Part shown: in pieces, positions 1-8,793 of the stretch
How the letters are laid out: each line of letters opens with the position of its first letter
Numbering within the stretch: the stretch's first letter is position 1
Source: an uncultured virus (IMG/VR IMGVR_UViG_3300013131_000038)
Lineage: Duplodnaviria; Heunggongvirae; Uroviricota; Caudoviricetes
Reading direction: 5' to 3' (one strand)
Length of the DNA stretch: 20,000 nt
Virus record (IMG/VR): IMGVR_UViG_3300013131_000038
Span: 56,482 to 76,481 of that record
Position numbers and translations under genes: made by a program
Notes under the pieces: model-generated
What the model was told of the DNA's origin: nothing
The model's input: only the letters and a program-made list of their open reading frames with translations
Databases searched by the model: none

Positions 1-624
1 GAAAAGTTCGACAAAACAAAGTTCTCGCAAGGTATTCTCCCTATTGATACTTACTGCAAGAACATCGATGAGTTCGTAACCGAAAAACTTCATTGCGATT
101 GGGAATCGCTGCGCAAAGACATCAAGCAGCACGGTATGCGCCACAGCACGCTCACTGCGATCATGCCCGTAGAGTCGAGTTCCGTTATTCAGTCATCGAC
201 AAACGGCATCGAGCCACCACGCTCGCTGATTTCGCAGAAGCGTTCAAAAGCTGGCATTATCCCAGTTGTCGTTCCTAATATCCGTTCGAAGAAGAACGAC
301 TACACGCTCGCATTTGAAATGCCAAATAACCACGGCTATCTTAAGGTTGTCGCGGCGCTTCAGAAGTTCACCGACATGAGCATCTCGACCAACTTGTACT
401 ATAACGTTAATCGTTATCCGAACAAGATTCCGAATCAAACGGAACTGCTCGGAGACATTATGATCGCTTACAAGTACGGAATTAAGAACCTTTATTACAC
501 AAATACATTTGACGGCGACACACAAACCGTCTTAGATTCAACTCCTAACCCAACCAAAGAACCCGCAAAGCAGCCAGAAACCGAAGAGGCCGATGGCTGC
601 GCTGGTGGGGCTTGCACGCTGTAA
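1..624 (+). CDS. nrdA: Ribonucleotide reductase class Ia alpha subunit, C-terminal part (5'-truncated by window)
   Basis: Frame is open from base 1 (EKFDKTKFSQGILPIDTY...DWESLRKDIKQHGMRHSTLTAIMPVESSS...TNGIEP). It contains the GIKNLYY tyrosine pair and the C-terminal redox pair CAGGAC, closely paralleling E. coli/T4-type NrdA. Confidence 0.97.
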   Translation, partial: EKFDKTKFSQGILPIDTYCKNIDEFVTEKLHCDWESLRKDIKQHGMRHSTLTAIMPVESSSVIQSSTNGIEPPRSLISQKRSKAGIIPVVVPNIRSKKNDYTLAFEMPNNHGYLKVVAALQKFTDMSISTNLYYNVNRYPNKIPNQTELLGDIMIAYKYGIKNLYYTNTFDGDTQTVLDSTPNPTKEPAKQPETEEADGCAGGACTL

Positions 625-628
625 TAAA

Positions 629-1684
629 ATGAAAACTGTACTCAACACAATTAATCTCGACTCGTTAAAGCAGCCGCTTTTCCTTGGAGAAGACTTGGCT
701 ATTCAACGGTACGACCGTTTGAAGTACCCGAAGTTTTACGAGCTTTACGACCAGCAGATCAACTTCTTTTGGCGACCCCAAGAGATCAATCTCACAAAAG
801 ATGCCGCCGATTACAAGACTCTCTCACCAGAAGAGCGTTTTGTTTTCGATAGCAATCTTCGCTTCCAGACGATGACCGACTCGATGCTTAGTCGCAGCAT
901 CAACTCGCTGTCCGATTATGTTTCGAACCCAGAGCTAGAAATCTGCATGAACGTTTGGTCGTTCTTCGAGACTGTACATAGCAATAGCTATACATACATT
1001 CTCCAGAATGTTCACCCCGACGCGACCAAGTTCTTCGACTCGATTCTCGAAGACAAGGAGATCGTGAAGCGTGCTCAAGCCATCTCTAGCCGCTACGATG
1101 CTTTGCTTAACACGCGAAGCACCGATCCTAAGCAGCAGATTCTCGATGCCCTTATCGCTACACAAATTACCGAAGGCTTAACGTTCTACGTTTCGTTCGC
1201 GTGCTCGTTCTACTTTGGCTATCGCGGAAAGATGGAAGGCAACGCAAAAATTATTAATTTAATTTCTCGCGACGAGAACCTTCACGTTGCTATCACGCAA
1301 AATATCATTAAGATCTTGCGCGATCACCCGAGCGAAGGCTTCCAAGAGCTTCTCAAGAAGAACGAAGATCGAATCTACGAGGCTTACAGAATGGCAGTGG
1401 ACGCAGAAAAGGAATGGGCCGATTATCTGTTCTCTAAGGGAAGCTTGATCGGTTTGACTGCCGACTCGTTGAAGCAATACGTTGAGTGGCTCGCGGATAA
1501 CCGCTTGACATCAATGGGTTACAATAAAATTTATAACGCTAAGTCCAACCCACTCTCTGGCTGGCTTAATAGCTTCTACGACTCCAAGAAGGTTCAGGTT
1601 GCCCCGCAAGAAACGGAAATCTCGTCCTACGTTAAAGGCGTAGATAACAAGATTGACGAATCCGTCTTCGATATTAAGTTTTAA
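629..1684 (+). CDS. nrdB: Ribonucleotide reductase class Ia beta subunit
   Basis: FFWRPQE, di-iron ligands (MTDS, ETVH, TEG, DENLH), radical tyrosine in HSNSY and C-terminal VAPQETEISSY. ATG 629, 4 nt after the nrdA stop, is preferred over 593. Confidence 0.97.
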   Translation: MKTVLNTINLDSLKQPLFLGEDLAIQRYDRLKYPKFYELYDQQINFFWRPQEINLTKDAADYKTLSPEERFVFDSNLRFQTMTDSMLSRSINSLSDYVSNPELEICMNVWSFFETVHSNSYTYILQNVHPDATKFFDSILEDKEIVKRAQAISSRYDALLNTRSTDPKQQILDALIATQITEGLTFYVSFACSFYFGYRGKMEGNAKIINLISRDENLHVAITQNIIKILRDHPSEGFQELLKKNEDRIYEAYRMAVDAEKEWADYLFSKGSLIGLTADSLKQYVEWLADNRLTSMGYNKIYNAKSNPLSGWLNSFYDSKKVQVAPQETEISSYVKGVDNKIDESVFDIKF

Positions 1685-4600
1685 GTGTCGAGGTAGAGAG
1701 TATCGGCGTTCAGATCGACCCAACCTTTCGGCGTAAACTCAAGAACTACTTGTTCATTTGGTTTTACGACCGTTAAGGTTGGGGATTCTGCCGCTTCGCC
1801 ACCGTCTCTATAAACAACGTAAACATCAGCAGCCTTACCGAACGCTGGCTTGTTTACGAACGTTACAGTATAACCAATTGGCGGATTCGATGGAATTTCA
1901 ACCGTTGAATCGCTGATTGGCGTAACAATCTTAGTGTCATTCAGATCGTCTGGAGATAGCGTCAAATCAATCGTGCTTTCTAGCACAACGTAGCCTCCGC
2001 TGCCAGTTATTGTTTGACCGTTGTAAACGAACACAACGCCAGCTAGTCCAGACTTTGCGCCGATAGTCGTCCAGTTAACGGTTCCTTGAACCGTGATCTT
2101 GTAGCTCCTATTAACCATCAAGTTCGAGCCTGTGGCTTCGATTTGTGGTCTTTCTGCTGCATTTACTGGTGCAGGAGGACGCTTGCCATCAAGAATGTAT
2201 TCGGTATAGGTAACTGCTGGTGGCTCGTCGGCTCTATCTTCCAGATAGCCGCTAACAACTGGGGACATTACGCCAGTGCCAAAGTCGTCTCTCGGCAGGA
2301 ACTTGAAGTAGTACCATTGCTCGCGTTGAATCGTTGGCCCGCCAAGCTCAATAAGGTTCAAGTAAGAGCGGCTTGGGATAGGATAGATAGCGTGCAAGTT
2401 ACTTCTCGTATCTGTGTCTGGAGTAAATGCTTCAGAACTACCAGTATAAATGTCTACCGAAAGAACGTCTTTGTTCGAAGATGCTGAGTAACAATAGAAT
2501 TTAATCGCATTATAAGACACGCGATCTTGAACGACGGAAACTGCAACGCCCGAGAAGCCAGTTTGGTTTGCGTTAGTGATGTCGGCAAAATCGGCAGTAC
2601 CCAAAATATTACCCTTTGTTCTTGGAAGAGTTCTCGCCTCTTCATAACCGTAAGTTTCCCAATGCTCTCTTCCCCAAGCGTCTTTTGTCTTTGTGCCGCC
2701 TTGCAATACTTCCGACTCATAAGCGTTCAGCAAATCGGGCCACTCGTTGACATAAGCTTCGTAGCTAGGATCGCCAAGACCAGAGTAGTTAATGTCGATA
2801 CCATTTAGAGTAGCAACGCCAGCAGAGCTTAATCCTGTTGCAGACTTGAATGCTCCAGAGATATCTCTGAACGTGATTTCACGATCAGCATTCTCGCTTC
2901 TTAACAGATCTCCAGCACTTGCGCCAGCAGACCAATCTCTAATACCCGAGCCGCTAACGATATTGTTTTCCCCACTATTCCAAACTGCGACTCTTGTGAA
3001 CGAAGAGTTCCCGTAGTAGCCCGAGAAAACATAATAGGGCGAGAACTGATAAGAGTCTACTACGTCAATTTGAGAGTATGCTGGAGCAACATTGTAAGCG
3101 TCGAAAGTTCCTGTAAATGGATTATTATTTACGTCTCTTACGACGACTCTTAGTCTATAGTTTCTTTGCGCAGGAGAATCGGTAGTCTTGATGTCTGCCG
3201 TTGTGCCGCGCATCGAGTATTCTTGATTTTTCTCTTTTGTTAGCGTATACGAGAAGCCTTGATAGCCAGTATTGGATTCTAGTAAAGTTCCACCATCAGA
3301 GTATAGTTGAACAACGATATTCGGAGCGTCTGGGAAGAACGGATTGTTTCTGAGAGAATCTGGTGAATTGATTCTGTCGCCAACGGGATCAACGTAAGAC
3401 CAGCGGAACGTCAAATCTTTTGACGTGAAGTTCCCTTGCCCAACTCCCGAGAATGTTGCTCCGTAAGTAATGTTGTATCGCAAGCTTCCAGTATCCGCTG
3501 TATCAAGGTAGAAACCAGTGATCGCGACTCTATCTAACGATGTGCCGCCAATTGTTGCGGTGGACAATGGAAGAGCGACTGCGCTTATTGATGCTGAGTC
3601 TTCGGACAAGAATCGATACGGCGTAGCTCCTTGAGCGTAGATATTGATATCGTACTGTCCCCAGTTTGAGTTAACTGGAATCGTGTAGTCGAGAGAAGAC
3701 GTTGATACGGCTTCAGTAATTGCTCCCGGTACTGAACTTGAGTAGTCTGGGCGGCTAATATAAAGCTTATAAAGTGGCGGCGAACTTGGAGAAGCTCCCC
3801 AGTTAACATAAATGCCAGTTGTGACGTTCGATTCATCTTTACGCAAAGTAGTTGTAACGGGCGTAGTTGGAGCCTGTGGCTTTACTACAAGGTCGTAAGG
3901 AGATTGAACGTAAAGGTTTGGCGAAGTGTCCGAGATGTCATTCTCGATAAAGTTTTCTTTATCTGGATAAAACTCGACGCCAGCTACCGAATAGTTATTC
4001 GCCTCTTCTTCTTTAACTGTTAGAGTCTTGTAAAGCTTTGGCTCAACACCAGAACCGCTCAACAGATAAATCGACCCATCTTCAATAAGATTAATCTTTG
4101 TTGGCAAGGTATCTACAGCTAGCGAATAGAAGCCTTTGCCATAGCCAGTTCCATAAACCAATCCGCTATAGCCAACACCATCAGTTTCGCTGAGAGTTCT
4201 GATATCTGACTGTCCGAGGGTTCCGCCTCCAACATAAACACTCAGCCCAAGCGCAGCAAACGCACCAGAAACGTGTGCGCTTGTTAAACTTGTCGTGATC
4301 GGAATCTTCGTGGAGCCATAGAAATCCTTGGGGAAACCAATGGTTCTGTGGTCGTTAATTGTTCCGGCAATCCAGTACTTTGTCTCATCCGTAGCGAACG
4401 TTGCTGAAGACGTGTGGCCAGCCTTACAGCGGTAAATAACGCCAGAAACATTTACGATCTTATCTATATCATAATAAACGCTCGCTCTCCAGTCGTCATA
4501 CTTAGAATTCGAACTGTTTCCAACATCAACATTTAAGAAAGTATAGTACGGAGTCATCTTGCTTAAAGCTAGAAGATCTCTGTAATTGAATCTAATCTTG

Positions 4601-7386
4601 CCAAAGTCATTGAGCGATTTTGATGCTCGCTCGACAATTCTTCCCGCTCCAGATGAAACTTTAACAAGAGCCGCTAAATAACCGAAAGAAGTTGAAACTG
4701 CCGAGACATCTTTGCCGATCTTCTGAACTTCTGTTGGAGCATAGGCCGCGAGTTCAGAAGGAGTTGCTGCATTATTTGCAACAGCTGCATTGTTAGACAC
4801 AATGATAACAACGTTGCCCGCAGTGCTCGCGGTTATATGCGCAGCCGCAGTAGCTAACGAGGACGACGTTGACGTTTGATTCACAAATGCTCCAGCAGTA
4901 GTTAACTGGATCGCAGTGAAAAATCCATTAGCTGCCGCTGTCCCAACTTGTGACCCATTGACCGTCACGGTTCCGTTCGTGCCGTCAACAGCACAAGACC
5001 AATTTGTTTCGTCGCCGATTAATTGTCCCGTTCCCGCCGAGCCTTGAACGTCAATATCAATTTCATTTTCGAGCAACACACCAGAAACCGCTGCGAAGTT
5101 TAATGTTTCAAAACGAGGATTTCCCGTTACAGTCGTGTTGTCTGGGAAAACATAAACCTCTCCTGTCAAAATAGTATCGCCAGTTGTTACGCCACCACCA
5201 GAAATTCTTCCTTCGATTGGGTACGTTTCAAAGATGCCAGATTTGAGCAAGAACTCGCCAGTGATTGTGATTCTCGATCCGTAAGTGTTACTACCGTCAA
5301 CACCGTCAGCTACCGTATGAATGTTGTATCTCTGTAATTGACGCTGGCGTCTCGCTCTAATATTGTTGAGCGTGCCAGTAAATTGACCAGCAGAACCAGT
5401 TAAGTTATTAAGATCCGATACCGAATAATTCCCAGAAGGGACGTGGATATAAATACCCGAGTCAAGTCCGATAGTCGATGCAGTTCCTTGCTTAAACTCG
5501 CCATCGATAGTGACGACATTAGTCGCTTCGTTAACATCTAAGATGCGCCCAAATGTTCTTGCAGTGTTCTTAACTTCGTCGCTGACCGAGAAGATATCGC
5601 CCGGTTGCAGGAACGCAGCCTCAACGCCGCCAACGAACGACACGATGTCAGACTCGAACATCGAAGAACACAAGACGTAGCGTCCAATTCTGCGAGCCTC
5701 TGAGCGTGAAGTGCAACCAGCAGCGTTGATTTTAAATGGATTTAAGCCGAACTTACGAATGCCGTCAACATCTTCAATATACTCTACCTTGGTTTTGTAA
5801 CCATCATACTTATCGTTATAAACGACTTCTACGGAAGTATATCTGACGTTTCGCGCCGTTTCGCTATACTCGAAAAGACCGTCTCGAACATTTGCATTCG
5901 AGAACTGCATAACAGGATCTTGTGGTCTATCGGCGTAAAAAGAGAAACCTTCCGTGTTCCAGTAAACGATGCCCTTAAATACGGCTGAGACATCGCGCAA
6001 TACATTGTAAGCCTCGTCTTTATTGTAGAAGATGATGTTGTATGTGTAGCGTGGCTCTAAGCCACCTTTGCCGTCTGGAACGCCTCGAAAAATACCCTTA
6101 TCATCTACAGCGTCACAATACCTACCGATATCGTAAAGCGTCCACTTGTCGAGTGACGAAAAGTCGATTTGGTTGCCCAAACCATAATTCGTATTCGTGA
6201 TGATATCGTAAAGAACCCAAGCTGGATTATCGGTCCAGCCTAACTTGAACGTGCCATCCCAATCACCGTAGTAAACCTTGTTGCTATCGTAAAACTTATC
6301 GTCACAGAACTGCTGAAAATCGATATCAGAGTCGTGGAGCATATTGAACGCACCACCATTTACTTTTGCCGAAAGTTCTCGGAATGTTCTAGTTCCAGAA
6401 GACGAAGCGTTGCTGTAGAAATAATAAAGCTGAACGCAGTTTTCAGTCGAGTATCTGAACAGAGCATCGTAAGTCGATTCGGTCATCGACTCTGGACTTG
6501 CTCCTCCGAAGAAAACAACTTTTCTTACCGTGTTCGACCAAAGAGAGTCAACAACAACCGATTCAAGCTCTTTGCCCATTTCGCGATTCGATGCGTAGAG
6601 ATTCTTTCTGATTAAATATGAAACTGCTCCGACTTCACTATAAGCGGCAGAGACGGTGCTTTCTTGCAGTAGCGTATCGAGCTTAGTAAAAAGATTTTGA
6701 TTGTTTTCTCCAGCAGAATCTGGCGAGCGAACAGTTATGAACGATTCCGAATCGTAATATGAGAAGTTCGTTAGCGTTGGGCCATTGATGACGCTATAGC
6801 TGACGCTGCTATCCACTTTCCAAATTGCTGCCCTTACCGCAGTATAACCAGCGGTCATCTTCGCAATCATTTCTTTTAAATTCCGACGAATCAAAGCCTT
6901 ATTCGCAAATGTCATATTCTTGTCTACGACAAAAATAATATCTAGATTATTTGGATTAGCCGGATAGTTTGCGCTTGGGTAAACATAACGACGGTCAAGA
7001 CCGTTTCCGCCCAATGGATAGTAATTGGACGGGATCTTAATCTTCTTCATTCGCACGTCGAATGCGCGTTCTGGAAAATTCGCAAAGGTTCGCGAATCAA
7101 ACTTTACTCCAACGTGAGCTGTTAGCGGATAAGAGAAATTGCGATCAATAACTTCTGTGATACTATCTACATAAACTTCGCGCCTAACGAGCGGAGAAAT
7201 AGTTTCTTCGCTGCGCTTTTCAATCTTGATGTAGCGATCTTTGCCATTTACTGATTCTGGTAAAACGATTTCATCAACTCCTTCAGATACATTCGTTGAA
7301 TCAACTGACTTTTGAAAAGCCGTTTGGTTCGCGTCGATTGGATCTTCCGCTCCTCTTAAGAATCTAAATGGATTTAACATTTTCAT
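1681..7386 (-). CDS. Lambda gpJ-like tip attachment/central tail protein, C-terminal portion (1901 aa) with multiple inserted domains
   Basis: Motifs collinear with lambda J: EVIDRNFSYPLTAHVG..FDS, IPSNY, GDWDGTFKLGWTDNPAWVLYD, RYCD...VPDGKGGLEPR, GCTSRSEARRIGR, LQPGD. FN3-like segments occur further C-terminal. The J N-terminal CEGPIEG region is absent and is found in 7949-8791. Confidence 0.9.
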   Translation of the reverse strand: MKMLNPFRFLRGAEDPIDANQTAFQKSVDSTNVSEGVDEIVLPESVNGKDRYIKIEKRSEETISPLVRREVYVDSITEVIDRNFSYPLTAHVGVKFDSRTFANFPERAFDVRMKKIKIPSNYYPLGGNGLDRRYVYPSANYPANPNNLDIIFVVDKNMTFANKALIRRNLKEMIAKMTAGYTAVRAAIWKVDSSVSYSVINGPTLTNFSYYDSESFITVRSPDSAGENNQNLFTKLDTLLQESTVSAAYSEVGAVSYLIRKNLYASNREMGKELESVVVDSLWSNTVRKVVFFGGASPESMTESTYDALFRYSTENCVQLYYFYSNASSSGTRTFRELSAKVNGGAFNMLHDSDIDFQQFCDDKFYDSNKVYYGDWDGTFKLGWTDNPAWVLYDIITNTNYGLGNQIDFSSLDKWTLYDIGRYCDAVDDKGIFRGVPDGKGGLEPRYTYNIIFYNKDEAYNVLRDVSAVFKGIVYWNTEGFSFYADRPQDPVMQFSNANVRDGLFEYSETARNVRYTSVEVVYNDKYDGYKTKVEYIEDVDGIRKFGLNPFKINAAGCTSRSEARRIGRYVLCSSMFESDIVSFVGGVEAAFLQPGDIFSVSDEVKNTARTFGRILDVNEATNVVTIDGEFKQGTASTIGLDSGIYIHVPSGNYSVSDLNNLTGSAGQFTGTLNNIRARRQRQLQRYNIHTVADGVDGSNTYGSRITITGEFLLKSGIFETYPIEGRISGGGVTTGDTILTGEVYVFPDNTTVTGNPRFETLNFAAVSGVLLENEIDIDVQGSAGTGQLIGDETNWSCAVDGTNGTVTVNGSQVGTAAANGFFTAIQLTTAGAFVNQTSTSSSLATAAAHITASTAGNVVIIVSNNAAVANNAATPSELAAYAPTEVQKIGKDVSAVSTSFGYLAALVKVSSGAGRIVERASKSLNDFGKIRFNYRDLLALSKMTPYYTFLNVDVGNSSNSKYDDWRASVYYDIDKIVNVSGVIYRCKAGHTSSATFATDETKYWIAGTINDHRTIGFPKDFYGSTKIPITTSLTSAHVSGAFAALGLSVYVGGGTLGQSDIRTLSETDGVGYSGLVYGTGYGKGFYSLAVDTLPTKINLIEDGSIYLLSGSGVEPKLYKTLTVKEEEANNYSVAGVEFYPDKENFIENDISDTSPNLYVQSPYDLVVKPQAPTTPVTTTLRKDESNVTTGIYVNWGASPSSPPLYKLYISRPDYSSSVPGAITEAVSTSSLDYTIPVNSNWGQYDINIYAQGATPYRFLSEDSASISAVALPLSTATIGGTSLDRVAITGFYLDTADTGSLRYNITYGATFSGVGQGNFTSKDLTFRWSYVDPVGDRINSPDSLRNNPFFPDAPNIVVQLYSDGGTLLESNTGYQGFSYTLTKEKNQEYSMRGTTADIKTTDSPAQRNYRLRVVVRDVNNNPFTGTFDAYNVAPAYSQIDVVDSYQFSPYYVFSGYYGNSSFTRVAVWNSGENNIVSGSGIRDWSAGASAGDLLRSENADREITFRDISGAFKSATGLSSAGVATLNGIDINYSGLGDPSYEAYVNEWPDLLNAYESEVLQGGTKTKDAWGREHWETYGYEEARTLPRTKGNILGTADFADITNANQTGFSGVAVSVVQDRVSYNAIKFYCYSASSNKDVLSVDIYTGSSEAFTPDTDTRSNLHAIYPIPSRSYLNLIELGGPTIQREQWYYFKFLPRDDFGTGVMSPVVSGYLEDRADEPPAVTYTEYILDGKRPPAPVNAAERPQIEATGSNLMVNRSYKITVQGTVNWTTIGAKSGLAGVVFVYNGQTITGSGGYVVLESTIDLTLSPDDLNDTKIVTPISDSTVEIPSNPPIGYTVTFVNKPAFGKAADVYVVYRDGGEAAESPTLTVVKPNEQVVLEFTPKGWVDLNADTLYLDT

Positions 7387-7388
7387 CT
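7352..7388. repeat. 37-bp imperfect direct repeat, copy 1 (start of the J C-terminal gene)
   Basis: cctcttaagaatctaaatggatttaacattttcatct matches 8757-8793 at 32/37 positions. Confidence 0.9.
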
Positions 7389-7402
7389 ACTAGTAAATAT
7401 TA

Positions 7403-7936
7403 TTATGTAATCGAGAATGTTCTAACCCCATCTGTGCCACCAGTTAACTTTGTTAAGCCCTTTGGCGATTGGGCGTTGATATAAACAGTATGTGTTCCCG
7501 TAGCGAGCTTCGAAGTCACATCGGCTGGGATCGTAAATGAAAACACTCCCGTAGTGGTGTTAATGTCTGTGCCGTTTGCGTAAATGACTTGTGGCGTATT
7601 CCCATTACTAGCTGGACTATCTATATGAGCCGCCAAGGATAATGTTGGAGTAAGAATTGTGGTAGCTCCAAGAGTCCTGTTGAACGTTGCCGTTCCGGTC
7701 AGTGTGATAGTGGCTCCCTTAGCGTAACTTGAACTAGAAAGAGCATCAAAAGTAGCGGCTGTTCCCGCACCCTCTCCAACCAAAGTATAAACATAGTTTT
7801 GTACCGTAGTGTATGGATTTGAAAATGGCGACGTTGAAAGCTTTTTTAAATAATAGATAACCCCCAAAACCGTCGAATAGTTCCGTTTATTGATTTTCGT
7901 CGCCGCTAACTGTTCTGGAGTATATTGAATAGACAT
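7403..7936 (-). CDS. Hypothetical Thr/Ser/Gly-rich protein with probable C-terminal Ig-like beta-sandwich; likely virion-associated
   Basis: 177-aa ORF co-oriented with the tail genes. Pattern TITLTGTA...GVFSFTIP...LATGTHTVYINAQ resembles bacterial Ig-like domains. Confidence 0.65.
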   Translation of the reverse strand: MSIQYTPEQLAATKINKRNYSTVLGVIYYLKKLSTSPFSNPYTTVQNYVYTLVGEGAGTAATFDALSSSSYAKGATITLTGTATFNRTLGATTILTPTLSLAAHIDSPASNGNTPQVIYANGTDINTTTGVFSFTIPADVTSKLATGTHTVYINAQSPKGLTKLTGGTDGVRTFSIT

Positions 7937-7948
7937 TTTTTATGGGAC

Positions 7949-8791
7949 TTAAAAGCCGGGAGGAAGCGTCTTTTTAAAGTCGTCGTTCAAGTCAATTGGT
8001 GGAATATTTACTCTTGTGCTGGCTCCACCAACCGACGAAGCGGGATTGAAATTGGTATTTGTTGCCGCGTAGTAAGCACCATCAGTGGTTTCGCCTTCTG
8101 AAATCGAGTCGTCGCCGATAGTATATGCATACGGGCTTTGAACCAATCCGTAGAAACTAACATCTCTAATTTGTAAATTAGACTCTCCATCCAATCCCCA
8201 GTATAAACGCAAGAGAAGCGTCGATTCTTTGGCTGTTCCAGCTTTTGTTCCCTCATCTACAGTATCCGCCAAAGCTTCAATTAAAAAGTTTACACGAAGC
8301 TTTTTGACATCGCGGTTTCTGATTTGATGAGTAAATATGAATGGGTCTTGTGGTGTCGTCGGCCAACCATCGGTTGAACGCGCCCAGCTTGTAAAGTTTC
8401 TGCCATCTAACTTAACGTCGTCCTGCATCGTGATCGGGCCGAGCAGTTTAAAGCTTGCTGGTTTAGAGATGTAAACGTTTTTAAAGTTGACTAAAGCTTT
8501 TTGTTTCTCTGTACCAAAGTTTACTTCGAGGAGAATGTTTCTGTAATTGTATTCTCCACTAACGTTCATAACTGGAACGCCATTCAAATAAACTCCCTTT
8601 AGCATATCTAGGCCATAAACTTTTTTGCCAAACGGATCGACAATACCTTCGATTGGACCCTCGCAAAGCAAGTCAACGATTTCTGCCACAGAAATAGACT
8701 TCTTGAGTTTCTTGCCCTCGTCTGGCGGCAGAAGTTTAGCCTCGGATGTTCCCATCCCTCTGAAAAATCTTAATGGATTTAGAATTTTCAT
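7949..8791 (-). CDS. Lambda gpJ-like tip attachment protein, N-terminal portion (280 aa)
   Basis: IVDLLCEGPIEG, GVYLNGVPV, GTEKQ and GLVQSPY match the N-terminal region of J-like proteins. The start is placed at ATG 8791 (TAAGATG, 1 nt after the gpI stop), not 8878. Confidence 0.85.
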   Translation of the reverse strand: MKILNPLRFFRGMGTSEAKLLPPDEGKKLKKSISVAEIVDLLCEGPIEGIVDPFGKKVYGLDMLKGVYLNGVPVMNVSGEYNYRNILLEVNFGTEKQKALVNFKNVYISKPASFKLLGPITMQDDVKLDGRNFTSWARSTDGWPTTPQDPFIFTHQIRNRDVKKLRVNFLIEALADTVDEGTKAGTAKESTLLLRLYWGLDGESNLQIRDVSFYGLVQSPYAYTIGDDSISEGETTDGAYYAATNTNFNPASSVGGASTRVNIPPIDLNDDFKKTLPPGF

Positions 8792-8793
8792 CT
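8757..8793. repeat. 37-bp imperfect direct repeat, copy 2 (start of the J N-terminal gene)
   Basis: cctctgaaaaatcttaatggatttagaattttcatct matches 7352-7388 at 32/37 positions. Confidence 0.9.

Noticed and set aside
593..628. nrdB start at 593 (and J N-part start at 8878)
   Set aside because: Both extensions overlap the upstream gene. ATGs immediately after the upstream stops (629, 8791) fit better.
7345..7386. J leaders as Sec, Tat or class III (prepilin) signal peptides
   Set aside because: No hydrophobic h-region follows, there is no twin-arginine motif, and the post-Gly sequence is polar.
7387..7951. Stop-codon readthrough, recoding, intron or intein joining the J halves into one polypeptide
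   Set aside because: Both junctions contain double TAA stops, the second junction is out of frame, no intron or intein motifs are visible, and the downstream half has its own conserved leader. The standard code gives full-length ORFs elsewhere.
7352..8793. Direct repeats as ends of a mobile element or a phase-variation deletion cassette
   Set aside because: No recombinase or transposase is nearby, deletion would remove the conserved J N-terminus, and the mismatch pattern follows protein-level constraint.
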